Source: Bacteriovoracaceae bacterium (lineage in GTDB: Bacteria; Bdellovibrionota; Bacteriovoracia; Bacteriovoracales; Bacteriovoracaceae). From it: a stretch of DNA of 64,000 bases. Both the position numbers and the translations under genes were made by a program. Within the stretch, counting starts at the first letter, position 1. The number at the start of each line of letters is the position of its first letter. The notes beneath the pieces were generated by a model. That model was not told the DNA's origin, did not search any database, and saw nothing but the letters and a program-made list of their open reading frames with translations. The stretch is from the NCBI GenBank assembly GCA_048270185.1, contig JBLWTJ010000001.1:96001-160000 (forward strand), read 5' to 3'. Of this stretch, positions 39,660-49,924 are shown one piece after another.

Positions 39660-40724
39660 ATGGATTTAACATTTAGCGCTAATGGGATTTTAGGTCGTGG
39701 AAAAGGTTTAACTTTTGACGATGTTCTACTAATACCAAGGTACTCAGAAGTATCTTCAAGACGCCATACTAATCTAAAGACAAAGATCACTAAAAATCAC
39801 AGCATTGATATTCCAATCATTGCTGCCAATATGGATACAATTACTGGTCCTGAAATGGCAATGGAGATGGGCCGCCTTGGTGGTGTTGGTATCCTTCATC
39901 GTTTCATGTCTCCTGAACAACAAGTAGAAGATGTTAAGGCCATTCAGAAATATTTTAAAGAACATTCAATAAACCTTCCAATCGCTGCATCTGTTGGTGT
40001 GAAAGAAGAAGGTAAAATGAGAGCAGACCTTCTTGCCGAATTAGGAGTTGAAATTCTAACTGTTGATATCGCTCACGGTGACTCAATTATGATGATGGAA
40101 GTGCTTGAATATATCAAAAAGAATTACCCAAGTATTGATGTTATCGCTGGTAATGTTGCTACTCCTGACGGAGTAAGACGTATGATTGACCGCGGTGCTG
40201 ATGCTGTAAAAGTAGGAATTGGTCCAGGGAGTATGTGTACAACTCGTATCATCACTGGTCATGGTGTACCTCAATTAACTGCTGTTGCAATGTGTGTTGC
40301 CGAAGCAAGAAAAAGCGGCGTTCCTGTAATTGCCGATGGTGGTTTAAAAAATTCAGGGGATATGGTTAAGGCCCTATGTGCCGGTGCTGATTCATGTATG
40401 GCCGGATCACTTTTATCTGGAACTCTTGAGACTCCAGGTGAAGTAAAGAGCGGAATGAAGCAATATCGTGGGATGGCATCAAAAGCAGCTCAAGTATCTT
40501 GGCGTGGAGAGCTTCCAAAAGGGATGGCCGCAGAAGGTGTTGATACTCTTATTCCTTGTAAAGGACCAGTTGAAAATATTATTAGTGAACTAACTGGTGG
40601 TATTAGAAGTGGTATGACTTATCTTGGAATCGATGAATTATCAAAAATGAATGAAGCTGCTCTATTTATGGAGATGTCTTCTTCAGGAATGGCCGAAAGT
40701 AAGCCTCATGGAAAAGTAAATTAA
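39660..40724 (+). CDS. IMP dehydrogenase / GMP reductase family protein without CBS domains
   Basis: [44 protein letters not shown]; start ATG 39660. Confidence 0.85.
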   Translation: MDLTFSANGILGRGKGLTFDDVLLIPRYSEVSSRRHTNLKTKITKNHSIDIPIIAANMDTITGPEMAMEMGRLGGVGILHRFMSPEQQVEDVKAIQKYFKEHSINLPIAASVGVKEEGKMRADLLAELGVEILTVDIAHGDSIMMMEVLEYIKKNYPSIDVIAGNVATPDGVRRMIDRGADAVKVGIGPGSMCTTRIITGHGVPQLTAVAMCVAEARKSGVPVIADGGLKNSGDMVKALCAGADSCMAGSLLSGTLETPGEVKSGMKQYRGMASKAAQVSWRGELPKGMAAEGVDTLIPCKGPVENIISELTGGIRSGMTYLGIDELSKMNEAALFMEMSSSGMAESKPHGKVN

Positions 40725-40750
40725 ATAATACTTAAACAAAAGAAAGTAAT

Positions 40751-42535
40751 ATGCAAAATGAGTTCATTGATGATCTGTTAAGTTATCCAAAAATCATTAA
40801 AAGAATTAATGATAGTGATAAACCTGAAGAGACGAAGAAGAAAGTCATCGCAAATTATCATGAAATGCGAGCAGACTATTCCGCTTCATACTTAAAATCA
40901 ATGAGTAAATTCTTTGATGCTACACTTCCTCGTCTATATGATGGAATTAGTTTTAAAGAAAATGGTGTAGACTTAAATGCACTGCTTGAAGAGGCAAGTG
41001 TTGTTCTTGTTCCAAATCACCAGTCTCACGCTGACTATATTGCAATCAATTATAAATTTTTTAAAGAATATAATCGTATGCTCTATGTGGCCGGTGGAGA
41101 TAATTTAAATATCTTTCCTATCGGTAAGCTCTTTAGAAAGTCAGGTTGCTTCTTCATTAGAAGAAGCTTTCAAAATGACATTCTTTATAAATTTACAATG
41201 GAAGCTTATCTCTTTGCTCTTTTGAAACGTAAGGAGCCAATTGAGTTCTTCTTTGAAGGGGGAAGAACTAGATCAGGGAAGCTGCGTCCACCTAAGTATG
41301 GACTTTATCAAATGCTTCTTGAAGCACACTCTCATTTGCCTAATGCAAAGGAAAGAGGACTTGCATTTGTTCCTGTTAGTATCGCTCACGAGTATGTGCC
41401 AGAACAGAAGGCCCTTGCAAAAGAGATGATGGGCGGTAAGAAAGTTAAGGAATCAACAGGCCAGCTCTTTGGACTTTTTAAGCTTATGGCCTATCAATTT
41501 GGTAAAATACATATCAATCTTGGCAAGCCTCAATATGCTTATAAGCTTGATAATGAAGATGAAAATAAAACTAATGTTCGTGACCTAGCTTTCAACTGTT
41601 TTAGAAGCGTTGGTGACCAAATGGTTCTGACACCAACGAATCTTCTTGTTCTTATATTATTAGATGAGCCAAGTGGTGCCCTTAAGTGGAATGATATCAT
41701 TCTTAAGGCCCAGGCAATTCTTGAATATTGTCGTTCATACGATATCCCATACACTGATGGGCTAAGTGATCGCCGTATGGAAGATTCAATTGGGCGTGCT
41801 ATGGATATTCTTATTGGAAATGATAAGGTTGAAGTAATCGGAAAGAGTGAAGGGACGTCTTTATTTTATTCAATTAAAAAGAATTGTCGTGGAGAGCTTC
41901 TATTCTTTAAGAATACAATTGTTCACCACTTTATTATTCCATGGACGATCTCTCTTGCGTGGTTCAATGTCTTTAGTGGTGAAATTGATAGTGTTGAAGG
42001 GCTTAAGGATTTCTTTGTTAAACAAAGAAATCTATTAAAGCATGAGTTCTATCTACCAACGGTTAAACAGTATTATTCGAAGACACTTAAAATTCTAAGT
42101 AGGGCCGTTGGACGTGAAATCTTAAGTCTTAAGGATGCAATTGAGTTTAGTAATAAAGATCTCTATGAAGTTGCATCAAAATTAAGTCTTTTTGCTCGCT
42201 CCCTTACTTATATACACGAAGCCTACTTTGTTTCAGCATTAACTCTTGAAAGTTTCCAAAAAGATGGTGTCGATCACTTTAAGTCAGCGGACTATATGAA
42301 GCGCTCCATTGAAGTCTTCAATGCTGAAATTCAATCACAGCGTATTATTCGATTTGCAGAAAGTCAGAATGTTGAGCTTATGAAGACGGCCTTAAAATAC
42401 TTCGAACAAGTAGGTGTTCTAGGTTATGAAGATAATGCTTACTTTGTTGCTGATACAACAAAGCTATCAGATTTCATTGAATCCACAGAGAAAACTCTCA
42501 AAGATCAACTGAAACTCAATTTTAAAGTGGTATAG
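40751..42535 (+). CDS. plsB: Glycerol-3-phosphate acyltransferase (PlsB-like)
   Basis: PNHQSHADY, GCFFIRRSF, FFEGGRTRSG. Confidence 0.85.
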   Translation: MQNEFIDDLLSYPKIIKRINDSDKPEETKKKVIANYHEMRADYSASYLKSMSKFFDATLPRLYDGISFKENGVDLNALLEEASVVLVPNHQSHADYIAINYKFFKEYNRMLYVAGGDNLNIFPIGKLFRKSGCFFIRRSFQNDILYKFTMEAYLFALLKRKEPIEFFFEGGRTRSGKLRPPKYGLYQMLLEAHSHLPNAKERGLAFVPVSIAHEYVPEQKALAKEMMGGKKVKESTGQLFGLFKLMAYQFGKIHINLGKPQYAYKLDNEDENKTNVRDLAFNCFRSVGDQMVLTPTNLLVLILLDEPSGALKWNDIILKAQAILEYCRSYDIPYTDGLSDRRMEDSIGRAMDILIGNDKVEVIGKSEGTSLFYSIKKNCRGELLFFKNTIVHHFIIPWTISLAWFNVFSGEIDSVEGLKDFFVKQRNLLKHEFYLPTVKQYYSKTLKILSRAVGREILSLKDAIEFSNKDLYEVASKLSLFARSLTYIHEAYFVSALTLESFQKDGVDHFKSADYMKRSIEVFNAEIQSQRIIRFAESQNVELMKTALKYFEQVGVLGYEDNAYFVADTTKLSDFIESTEKTLKDQLKLNFKVV

Positions 42536-42537
42536 CT

Positions 42538-43440
42538 TTGTTTCAGGAATTATCAAATAGAGAAAGGGCCATCAAGAAAGTATTAATCATAACTTTCTTC
42601 TTAAATATAATTGTGGCCCTCATTAAAATTATTGCGGGTTTTGAATTTAATTATATTTCACTTCGTTCTTCTGGAATTGAATCTCTTTTTGATGGCACAT
42701 CAAATATTTTAGGGATTATTGCCATTACACTGGCCTCTAAACCAAGTGATCATAGGCATAATTATGGACATCATAAATTTGAAAACCTCGGTGCCTTAGT
42801 CATTGCTTTCATGCTCTTTGGCTCGGCCATAAAGCTTGGGCTCGATTATCATGATATTATTTTTGGAGATGCTCCTCGCAAAGGTCAATTTGGTCTGATT
42901 CCTCTCTTATCAATTATTATTTCAATGATTATGAGCTATGGGGTTTCGACTTATGAAGCGGCCAAGGGGCGCGAATTAAACTCAAAGATTCTTCTTGCTG
43001 ATAGTAATCACACATTTGGGGACATGATCATTAGCTTTGGTGTTCTCTTATCTATCATTGCTTCTTACTTCCACGTCTACTTAATCGATTATGTTGTTGG
43101 TGGAATAATCATTCTCTATCTCGTTTATCTTGGTGTTCAAATTACTCTCGAGAATTTAAATGATCTTTTAGACGTTGCTCCTGTCATTAAGGATCGTTAT
43201 CTTAAAGAACTAGAAGGGATCGACTATGTTCGTGACGTGCATAATTTTCGAGCACGTGGAAATGCTACTTGGATGCAGGTTGATTTTCATCTCTTACTGG
43301 ATCCCAATTTATCTTTGGCACAGGCCCACGATACGGCCCATGAGGTTGAAGATCGCTTGCGGCACCTATTAAAAGACTATTGTCGTGATATTGATATTAT
43401 CATCCATATGGAACCTGATGATGAAGGTCACAAGGATTAA
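42538..43440 (+). CDS. Cation diffusion facilitator transporter
   Basis: HNYGHHKFE, ADSNHTFGD, IIIHMEP; TTG start. Confidence 0.92.
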   Translation: MFQELSNRERAIKKVLIITFFLNIIVALIKIIAGFEFNYISLRSSGIESLFDGTSNILGIIAITLASKPSDHRHNYGHHKFENLGALVIAFMLFGSAIKLGLDYHDIIFGDAPRKGQFGLIPLLSIIISMIMSYGVSTYEAAKGRELNSKILLADSNHTFGDMIISFGVLLSIIASYFHVYLIDYVVGGIIILYLVYLGVQITLENLNDLLDVAPVIKDRYLKELEGIDYVRDVHNFRARGNATWMQVDFHLLLDPNLSLAQAHDTAHEVEDRLRHLLKDYCRDIDIIIHMEPDDEGHKD

Positions 43441-43442
43441 CT

Positions 43443-43850
43443 ATGACGAATTATACAAGAGATATTGGAAATATACGTTTGGCCCAAGGTGAGTGGAAGT
43501 CCGATTTAGGTAATATATTTGCTGAGGCCGCAAAACTTATGAGTCATATTGTTGGTGGCCAACTCGTCCACTTCAAATATGATGAATTATATCTCTTTGT
43601 CGATGAAGCTTGCGAGCATTTTCGTGTTGGAATTCCTATGATTGGAAACCTCAGAGATAGTAAGCTTCATTCTCATGATTTAAGTGCAGGCAAGATCTCT
43701 GGATTTGAAATAGCTCTTGAAGAATTACAAACTTTAAAATTAATTAAGAATTTATATGAGAAATATGAGCTATCAAGCGACTATTTTCTAAGAATATCCG
43801 CAAATCAAGGGGAATATCAGGTATTTTTTGAGAAATATCTTATTCAATAA
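43443..43850 (+). CDS. Hypothetical protein
   Basis: 135-aa ORF 2 nt after the CDF stop, AGGA SD. Confidence 0.6.
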   Translation: MTNYTRDIGNIRLAQGEWKSDLGNIFAEAAKLMSHIVGGQLVHFKYDELYLFVDEACEHFRVGIPMIGNLRDSKLHSHDLSAGKISGFEIALEELQTLKLIKNLYEKYELSSDYFLRISANQGEYQVFFEKYLIQ

Positions 43851-43986
43851 TGTATACTGTGAGTATATTTTTTGTTATGTTTGCAAACATCATCGTAAAC
43901 CATTAAAATTATGGTAAATGATTTTGAGTAAACTATACCAACAAAGACCAAAGCGCTAATAATTGGTCTTTATCCGGAGGTGATTT

Positions 43987-44538
43987 ATTAGCAACAATTT
44001 TAAAGGTGGAAGGTCTAAAAAAGAAAGAGGACCTAGAATTAATGAGCAAATTAGAATTTCAGAATGTCGTTTACTAAGTGATGAGGAACAGTACGGTGTT
44101 GTATCAATTGATAGGGCCCGTGAAATTGCTGATGAGCTTGGTGTAGACTTAATTGAAATTGCTCCAACTGCTAAGCCACCAGTTGTTAAGCTAATGGATT
44201 ACGGTAAGTACAAATACGAACTTCAAAAGAAAGCCGCCGAGGCCAAGAAGAAGCAAGTAAAAGTTCAGCTAAAAGAAATTCAGCTAAGACCAAATATTGA
44301 GGCCCATGACTTAGATACTAAACTTAAGAGAGCTTATAAGTTTCTTGAGGGTGGCGATAAGGTTAAATTTGTTATGCAATTTCGTGGACGTGAAATGGCC
44401 TACAAAGATATGGGAAAAGAAAAATTTGAAGGTATCTTAAGTGGTGTTTGTGAGACAGCTGAAGCTGTGATCGAGTCACCAATTAAGATGATGGGTAACA
44501 GAATTATCACAATTGTGGCCCCTAGCAAGAAGAAATAA
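43987..44538 (+). CDS. infC: Translation initiation factor IF-3 (ATT start)
   Basis: GGAGG SD then ATT at 43987 in frame with ORF 44194; RINEQIR..DLIEIAP..PPVVKLMDYGK. Confidence 0.95.
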   Translation: MSNNFKGGRSKKERGPRINEQIRISECRLLSDEEQYGVVSIDRAREIADELGVDLIEIAPTAKPPVVKLMDYGKYKYELQKKAAEAKKKQVKVQLKEIQLRPNIEAHDLDTKLKRAYKFLEGGDKVKFVMQFRGREMAYKDMGKEKFEGILSGVCETAEAVIESPIKMMGNRIITIVAPSKKK

Positions 44539-44552
44539 AATTCTAAGTATAT

Positions 44553-44580
44553 AAGTGCCTAATTTTACATTGGGCACTTT
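44553..44580 (+). terminator. Possible terminator after infC
   Basis: AAGTGCCTAAT-N5-ATTGGGCACTTT. Confidence 0.5.
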
Positions 44581-44725
44581 CTCTAAGTGCCTGATATATT
44601 TTCCATATTTGGGCGATTATCCTTTGCATTCCTAGACAAACCTTGTTAAAAATAACGACTATAGTTTTGTTGCGATTTGTTGAATTAGAAGCATGTGGCA
44701 ACACATGTAATTCAAGGAGTATTTA

Positions 44726-44923
44726 ATGCCAAAAATGAAAACTAGAAGAGCTGTTGCTAAAAGATTTAAGCCAGTAGGGAATGGTAAGTTCAAAAGAAAA
44801 AGAGCAAACCTAAGACACATTCTTGAAAAGAAGCCAACTGATGCGAAGAAAAGAGCAGGTAAAACTGACTACGTTCACGCTTCAGATGTTGCTCGTGTAA
44901 AGAGATGTCTACCTTACGCTTAA
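44726..44923 (+). CDS. rpmI: 50S ribosomal protein L35
   Basis: MPKMKT..KRFK..HIL.KK. Confidence 0.97.
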   Translation: MPKMKTRRAVAKRFKPVGNGKFKRKRANLRHILEKKPTDAKKRAGKTDYVHASDVARVKRCLPYA

Positions 44924-45066
44924 TTATTTAAGCGCAAGCGATTCAAAAAAGATTAAGTTGGTCGAAACTTTAAATCGGCAAACAATTGTTTTTTTAACCT
45001 GATTTTTGGGAAAGAACGAAAGAACCATTCACTTGGTCCCCAAACGTCAAAAAAATGGAGTAAATT

Positions 45067-45411
45067 ATGTCTAGAGTTAGAAGAGGTTTTAAAGCAAGAG
45101 CGAGAAGAAACAAAGTCTTAAAACTAGCAAAAGGGTTTCACTTTTCTAGAAGACAAAAGTACTATCACGCTTCTGAAACAGTAAAAAGAGCATTACACTA
45201 CAAATACATCGGTAGAAGACTTCTCAAAAGAGATATGAGAAGACTTTGGATCGTACGTATTTCTGCAGCTGCTAAGCTTCTAGGTACTTCTTATTCAAAG
45301 TTCATGGGACAACTTAAGAAGAACAATGTTGAAATCAACAGAAAGATGCTTTCAGAAATCGCTGCAAGAGATTTCGAAGGATTCAAAGCAATCTACAATT
45401 CAACAAAATAA
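45067..45411 (+). CDS. rplT: 50S ribosomal protein L20
   Basis: MSRVRRG..LAKGF..RRLWIVRI..INRKMLSEIA. Confidence 0.98.
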   Translation: MSRVRRGFKARARRNKVLKLAKGFHFSRRQKYYHASETVKRALHYKYIGRRLLKRDMRRLWIVRISAAAKLLGTSYSKFMGQLKKNNVEINRKMLSEIAARDFEGFKAIYNSTK

Positions 45412-45476
45412 TTAGAACGCAAGTTTTAACTAAGTAACTATTTAATTATTTAATAAAGCCAAAGCAAAACTATAAT

Positions 45477-45508
45477 AACGGGCCTCTTGAAAAAGAGGCT
45501 TCGTTGTT
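45477..45508. terminator. Terminator between convergent rplT and yjbQ
   Basis: GCCTCTT-GAAA-AAGAGGC with flanking AACG/CGTT. Confidence 0.75.
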
Positions 45509-45514
45509 TCTGGG

Positions 45515-45937
45515 CTATCCTTTTAGGAATTTAAGCTTAATCTTTCGTCTATTAGGGGCATCACGAAACTCACATAGATAAATTCCGCTCCATCTGCCAA
45601 TGTCGATTTCCCCGTCCTCAATTATAAAAGTGAGGCTTGATTGCATAAGGATTGATTTCATGTGAGAAGGCGAGTCATCAGGGCCTTCAGCAGTATGGGT
45701 GATAAAGTTTAGCTTGCGTGGAGCAAGGTGTTTAAGGAAGTTTTCCATATCGGCTTTTGCGCTTGGGTCAAAGGCTTCATTAACACATAACGCCGCGCTT
45801 GTGTGTTGAATTTGGCACACTAAGATACCATCTTCTTGGTTAGGGTTTAATTCTATCAGAGCATCCTTAATTTGCGAGGTAATATCGTAAAAGCGCTCAC
45901 CAGAAGTGTTTACTAATTCCGTTTTTATAGGCATCAT
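45515..45937 (-). CDS. yjbQ: YjbQ/UPF0047 secondary thiamine-phosphate synthase family
   Basis: HTSAAL.NE..DP, H..EG.DDSPSHMK, G.WSGIYLCEF. Confidence 0.9.
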   Translation of the reverse strand: MMPIKTELVNTSGERFYDITSQIKDALIELNPNQEDGILVCQIQHTSAALCVNEAFDPSAKADMENFLKHLAPRKLNFITHTAEGPDDSPSHMKSILMQSSLTFIIEDGEIDIGRWSGIYLCEFRDAPNRRKIKLKFLKG

Positions 45938-45981
45938 TAACTCCTATTTATATTATTTCATAATCAATAACTAAGGTTATT

Positions 45982-46782
45982 ATGACATTATTTTCAACCC
46001 TGCTAAAGCAATTAAGTATTAAAGATTTCTTCGACGTCGGTATTGTTGCTTTTATGATTTACCAAGTCCTTAAAATTGTAAAAGGGACGAGATCCATTCA
46101 AGTTCTACTTGGGATGGTTTTTCTTGCGGCCCTCTATACTCTTGGGATCAACTATAATCTCTATACGGTCAATTGGATCCTTGAACACTTCTTTGATTAT
46201 ATTTTCATTATTTTCATCGTCATCTTTCAAGATCAATTACGTTCGGCACTTGCTACCGTTGGAACAGGAAGAAAGATGTTTACTTTCTTTGATCGCTCTC
46301 CAGTTAATTATGACTTAGAAGAAGTTATTAAAAGTGTGACGGCACTATCAAAAGAGAGAACGGGAGCTTTAATTGTTGTCGAAAGAAAGAATGGCCTGCA
46401 AAATTATATTGATACTGGAACTATAATCGATGCAAAGATTCATTCAGACTTAATTTACTCTCTCTTTCAAACTATTTCTCCTCTTCACGATGGTGCAATT
46501 ATTATAAGAGAAGATAAGTTACTAGCTGCCGGATGTTTCTTACCTCTATCGAAGAATATTGAAATTGATCGACATTTCGGTACACGCCATCGCGCGGCCC
46601 TTGGGATCTCTGAAGTGTCTGATGCCATTGTATTAATTGTAAGTGAAGAGACTGGTAAAATTAAACTATGTCTTAATGGAACTTTCTACTATGCTCATAA
46701 TGAAAATGAGTTACGTATGCTCTTAAAGAAGGCTTGGGCCGGTAAAAAGATCGATACTCAACTTCAAGGAATGGGGGCTTAA
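45982..46782 (+). CDS. cdaA: Diadenylate cyclase CdaA
   Basis: 3 TM segments; SPLHDGA and GTRHRAALG catalytic motifs. Confidence 0.95.
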   Translation: MTLFSTLLKQLSIKDFFDVGIVAFMIYQVLKIVKGTRSIQVLLGMVFLAALYTLGINYNLYTVNWILEHFFDYIFIIFIVIFQDQLRSALATVGTGRKMFTFFDRSPVNYDLEEVIKSVTALSKERTGALIVVERKNGLQNYIDTGTIIDAKIHSDLIYSLFQTISPLHDGAIIIREDKLLAAGCFLPLSKNIEIDRHFGTRHRAALGISEVSDAIVLIVSEETGKIKLCLNGTFYYAHNENELRMLLKKAWAGKKIDTQLQGMGA

Positions 46783-46784
46783 GT

Positions 46785-47717
46785 ATGCTACGTAAGATCG
46801 AAAATAATCGGCTTTTTGAGTTTCTACAAAACCAGATTCTGTCTCTTTTAAGTATTGTTCTTGCTACATTTCTTTGGTTCTACGTTGTTAACTCTGAACC
46901 AATTACAACGGAGAGAATTTATACTCTGAACGTTCTTCCTGCAACAAGTGTTGATGTCACGTCGATGTCGGCAACCGAGATTCATGTCACATTAAAAGGG
47001 GCCCGTGCATTCTTAAAAGACTTCCATGGTGATGGCCATCTACAGTTACAAATAGATCTGAAAAAAATGAGTGTTAATAAAACGACCAAGCAGATTCGTT
47101 ATACAATTAAGGATAGTGATCTCATTGTTCCTTTCGGTGTCGAAATTGTCGATATCAAGCCAAAGCAAATCAATATCAATCTCGATAAGCTCATTTATAA
47201 GAATGTTCCTATCAAAACTAATTATATGAATAATCTTCCAGCTGATTTACAACTAATTTCTGCAGATATTGATCGTTCTAAGATAAAGATTGAAGGAGCT
47301 CGTGATCTTATGAGATCAGTGGGCCAAGTTAAGACTCGTCTAATTGAATTATCAGAGTTGTCTGGTCAAGGTGAAGTGACTGTCCAACTGGAAGAATTAC
47401 CGAGCTTTCTTCGCTATGGTGAAAGTGACTTAGTGACTTTCAAATACGACATTCGCCCTAAGAAAGCGAACTTGACTCTGAAGAATATTCCAATATTATT
47501 TGTCGCACCAAATATGAAATTTCGCTCGAAGGTAAGAAAAGTCTCTCTTGATGTTCTTACTACTGGACGCGATGATATTAAGGTAAGTGAAATTAAAGTG
47601 TATGCAGATATTCCGACAACAATGGGCAAGAGTGCAACTATTAAGTTAAGAGCAGAGCTTCCTAATGATGTCCATTTATTAAAAATACACCCAGAAACAA
47701 TTAAAGTGAGAAGATAG
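46785..47717 (+). CDS. cdaR: CdaR/YbbR-like regulator
   Basis: TM ending LWFYV, YbbR-type beta repeats; lies between cdaA and glmM. Confidence 0.85.
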   Translation: MLRKIENNRLFEFLQNQILSLLSIVLATFLWFYVVNSEPITTERIYTLNVLPATSVDVTSMSATEIHVTLKGARAFLKDFHGDGHLQLQIDLKKMSVNKTTKQIRYTIKDSDLIVPFGVEIVDIKPKQININLDKLIYKNVPIKTNYMNNLPADLQLISADIDRSKIKIEGARDLMRSVGQVKTRLIELSELSGQGEVTVQLEELPSFLRYGESDLVTFKYDIRPKKANLTLKNIPILFVAPNMKFRSKVRKVSLDVLTTGRDDIKVSEIKVYADIPTTMGKSATIKLRAELPNDVHLLKIHPETIKVRR

Positions 47718-49082
47718 ATGACTGAAAGAAAATTATTTGGAACAGATGGAATTCGCGGTAAGGCCAATATTTATCCAATGGTTCCTGAAATTGCGACAGC
47801 ACTTGGAAGGGCCGTTACTTTTTATTTCCAAAAGAAGAATAAGAATAAGAAAACACCTCTTATTATTGTTGGTAAAGATACAAGACTAAGTTGCTATATG
47901 ATTGAGCAAGCTTTCTCTGCTGGTGTTCTTTCTCAGGGTGGTCGAGTTATCTTTACAGGTCCACTTCCTACTCCTGGGATTGCATTTGTTACAACTTCAA
48001 TGAGAGCTGATGCTGGTGTTATGATTTCAGCTTCACATAATGATTTTGACGATAACGGAATCAAGCTCTTTGATGCTCATGGCTTTAAACTACCTGATGA
48101 AGTGGAGTTAGAGCTTGAAGAGTTAGTATTAAACCCAAAACTTATTCCACCAAAAGTTGGTGGAGATATTGGCCGTGCCAAACGACTAGAAGGTGTTGAT
48201 GGACGCTATGTTGTTCATGTTAAATCAGCAATTGATGAAGAATGTGATTTGACTGGAATGCGCGTTGTTGTGGACTGTGCAAATGGGGCCAGTTATAAAG
48301 TTGCCCCTCTTGTTATGAGTGAGCTTGGTGCAGAAGTTTTTCCAATTGGTGTAACTCCAAATGGTGAAAATATTAATTTAAATTGTGGTAGCCTCCATCC
48401 AAGTAAGGCCGCAAGTGAAGTTGTAAAGCTTCGTGCCGATATGGGATTCTGTCTTGATGGTGATGCTGATCGTATTCAAGTCATTGATAAGAATGGGACT
48501 CTAATTGATGGAGATCGTCTGATTGGAATTTTTGCAAAATTACTACTGGCCCAAGGTCACTTGAAAAAGGGTGATGCTGTTGTTGGAACTATCATGTCTA
48601 ACCTTGGTCTTGAAAACTATATCAAATCATTAGGTCTTGAATTTCACCGTACTAAAGTTGGTGATCGCTATATTATGGAGTTCATGAAGAGTGATAATGC
48701 TCTTCTTGGCGGTGAGCCTTCGGGGCACATTATCTTTCTTGATCATGCGACGACTGGGGATGGTACGCTTGCTGCTTTAAAAACGATTGAAGCAACTTAC
48801 TTCTTTAAGAAGTCGATTAATGAGCTTGCTTCTGAAGTAGAACTCTATCCACAAATTTTAAAAAATCTCTCTGTTTCACAAAAGAAGACAGTTGAAGAGA
48901 TGCCTGATTTTGCTTTAGAACTTAAGAAGTGTGAAGAAGAATTAGGTGATGAAGGGCGAGTTATTTTCCGATACTCAGGAACAGAGCCTTTAGCTCGTGT
49001 TATGGTTGAAGGGAAATCTGCCACTAAAATTGAAGAAGTATGTGATCGTCTAATCGCAGCTCTTAAAAAGGAAATTGCATAA
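47718..49082 (+). CDS. glmM: Phosphoglucosamine mutase
   Basis: FGTDGIRG, ISASHN, DGDADR, GGEPSGH, RYSGTEP. Confidence 0.97.
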   Translation: MTERKLFGTDGIRGKANIYPMVPEIATALGRAVTFYFQKKNKNKKTPLIIVGKDTRLSCYMIEQAFSAGVLSQGGRVIFTGPLPTPGIAFVTTSMRADAGVMISASHNDFDDNGIKLFDAHGFKLPDEVELELEELVLNPKLIPPKVGGDIGRAKRLEGVDGRYVVHVKSAIDEECDLTGMRVVVDCANGASYKVAPLVMSELGAEVFPIGVTPNGENINLNCGSLHPSKAASEVVKLRADMGFCLDGDADRIQVIDKNGTLIDGDRLIGIFAKLLLAQGHLKKGDAVVGTIMSNLGLENYIKSLGLEFHRTKVGDRYIMEFMKSDNALLGGEPSGHIIFLDHATTGDGTLAALKTIEATYFFKKSINELASEVELYPQILKNLSVSQKKTVEEMPDFALELKKCEEELGDEGRVIFRYSGTEPLARVMVEGKSATKIEEVCDRLIAALKKEIA

Positions 49083-49846
49083 TGACTGAAAAAATAGTTG
49101 CTAGATTAGGCGTAAATATTGATCACGTTGCAACATTAAGACAACAAAGAGATGAAGGTTATCCTAGTGTTGCAAATGCGGCCCAAGACGTTTTAATGGC
49201 CGGTGCTGATCAGATTACAATTCATCTTCGTGAAGATCGCAGACATATTCAAGACACTGATCTAACAAGTGTTATGGCCGTAACAAAGAGATTTGAGAAG
49301 CCGTTAAATCTTGAGATTGGTTGTGCAAAAGAAATCGTAGAGATCGCAGCTGATTTTAAACCTGATTGGATTTGTCTCGTTCCTGAAAAGAGAGAAGAGA
49401 AGACAACAGAAGGTGGTTTAAGTGTTGAAGGAGATCATTTTAATAAATTAAAAGATACGATCAATTTTCTACGTGATAGAACACCTAAGACAAAGATTTC
49501 ACTCTTTGTTGAAGCTTCTGTTGAAGTAATGAAGGCCTGTGTTGAGTTAAAGGCAGATGCTGTTGAAATCCACACAGGAGCTTACGCAATTGACTTTCTT
49601 AAAGAAGGGGATATTGAGCCTCATCTTCAAAAATATTCTGAATGTTTTAACTTTCTAAAGGACAAGGGTGTTGCTTTCCATGCAGGACATGGACTGACGA
49701 TGGAGAGTGTAAAGCCTCTTCTCGAACAAGGCCTATTTGCTGAATATAATATTGGCCATTGGATTGTTTCTCAGGCCGTCTTTAGTGGTCTTTCTAATGT
49801 TACTAGCGATATGCTTAATTTGTTTAGAAACCATCCACTTAAGTAA
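49082..49846 (+). CDS. pdxJ: Pyridoxine 5'-phosphate synthase
   Basis: LGVNIDHVATLR, HLREDRRHI, TTEGG, AGHGL, NIGH. Confidence 0.97.
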   Translation: MTEKIVARLGVNIDHVATLRQQRDEGYPSVANAAQDVLMAGADQITIHLREDRRHIQDTDLTSVMAVTKRFEKPLNLEIGCAKEIVEIAADFKPDWICLVPEKREEKTTEGGLSVEGDHFNKLKDTINFLRDRTPKTKISLFVEASVEVMKACVELKADAVEIHTGAYAIDFLKEGDIEPHLQKYSECFNFLKDKGVAFHAGHGLTMESVKPLLEQGLFAEYNIGHWIVSQAVFSGLSNVTSDMLNLFRNHPLK

Positions 49847-49924
49847 GGTATGGTTTGCCTTTTATTGCTTTAAGTTTCTTATCATGGAAAATGGATAAGT
49901 AAGTTTAAATTTAAGGAGAAGCAG

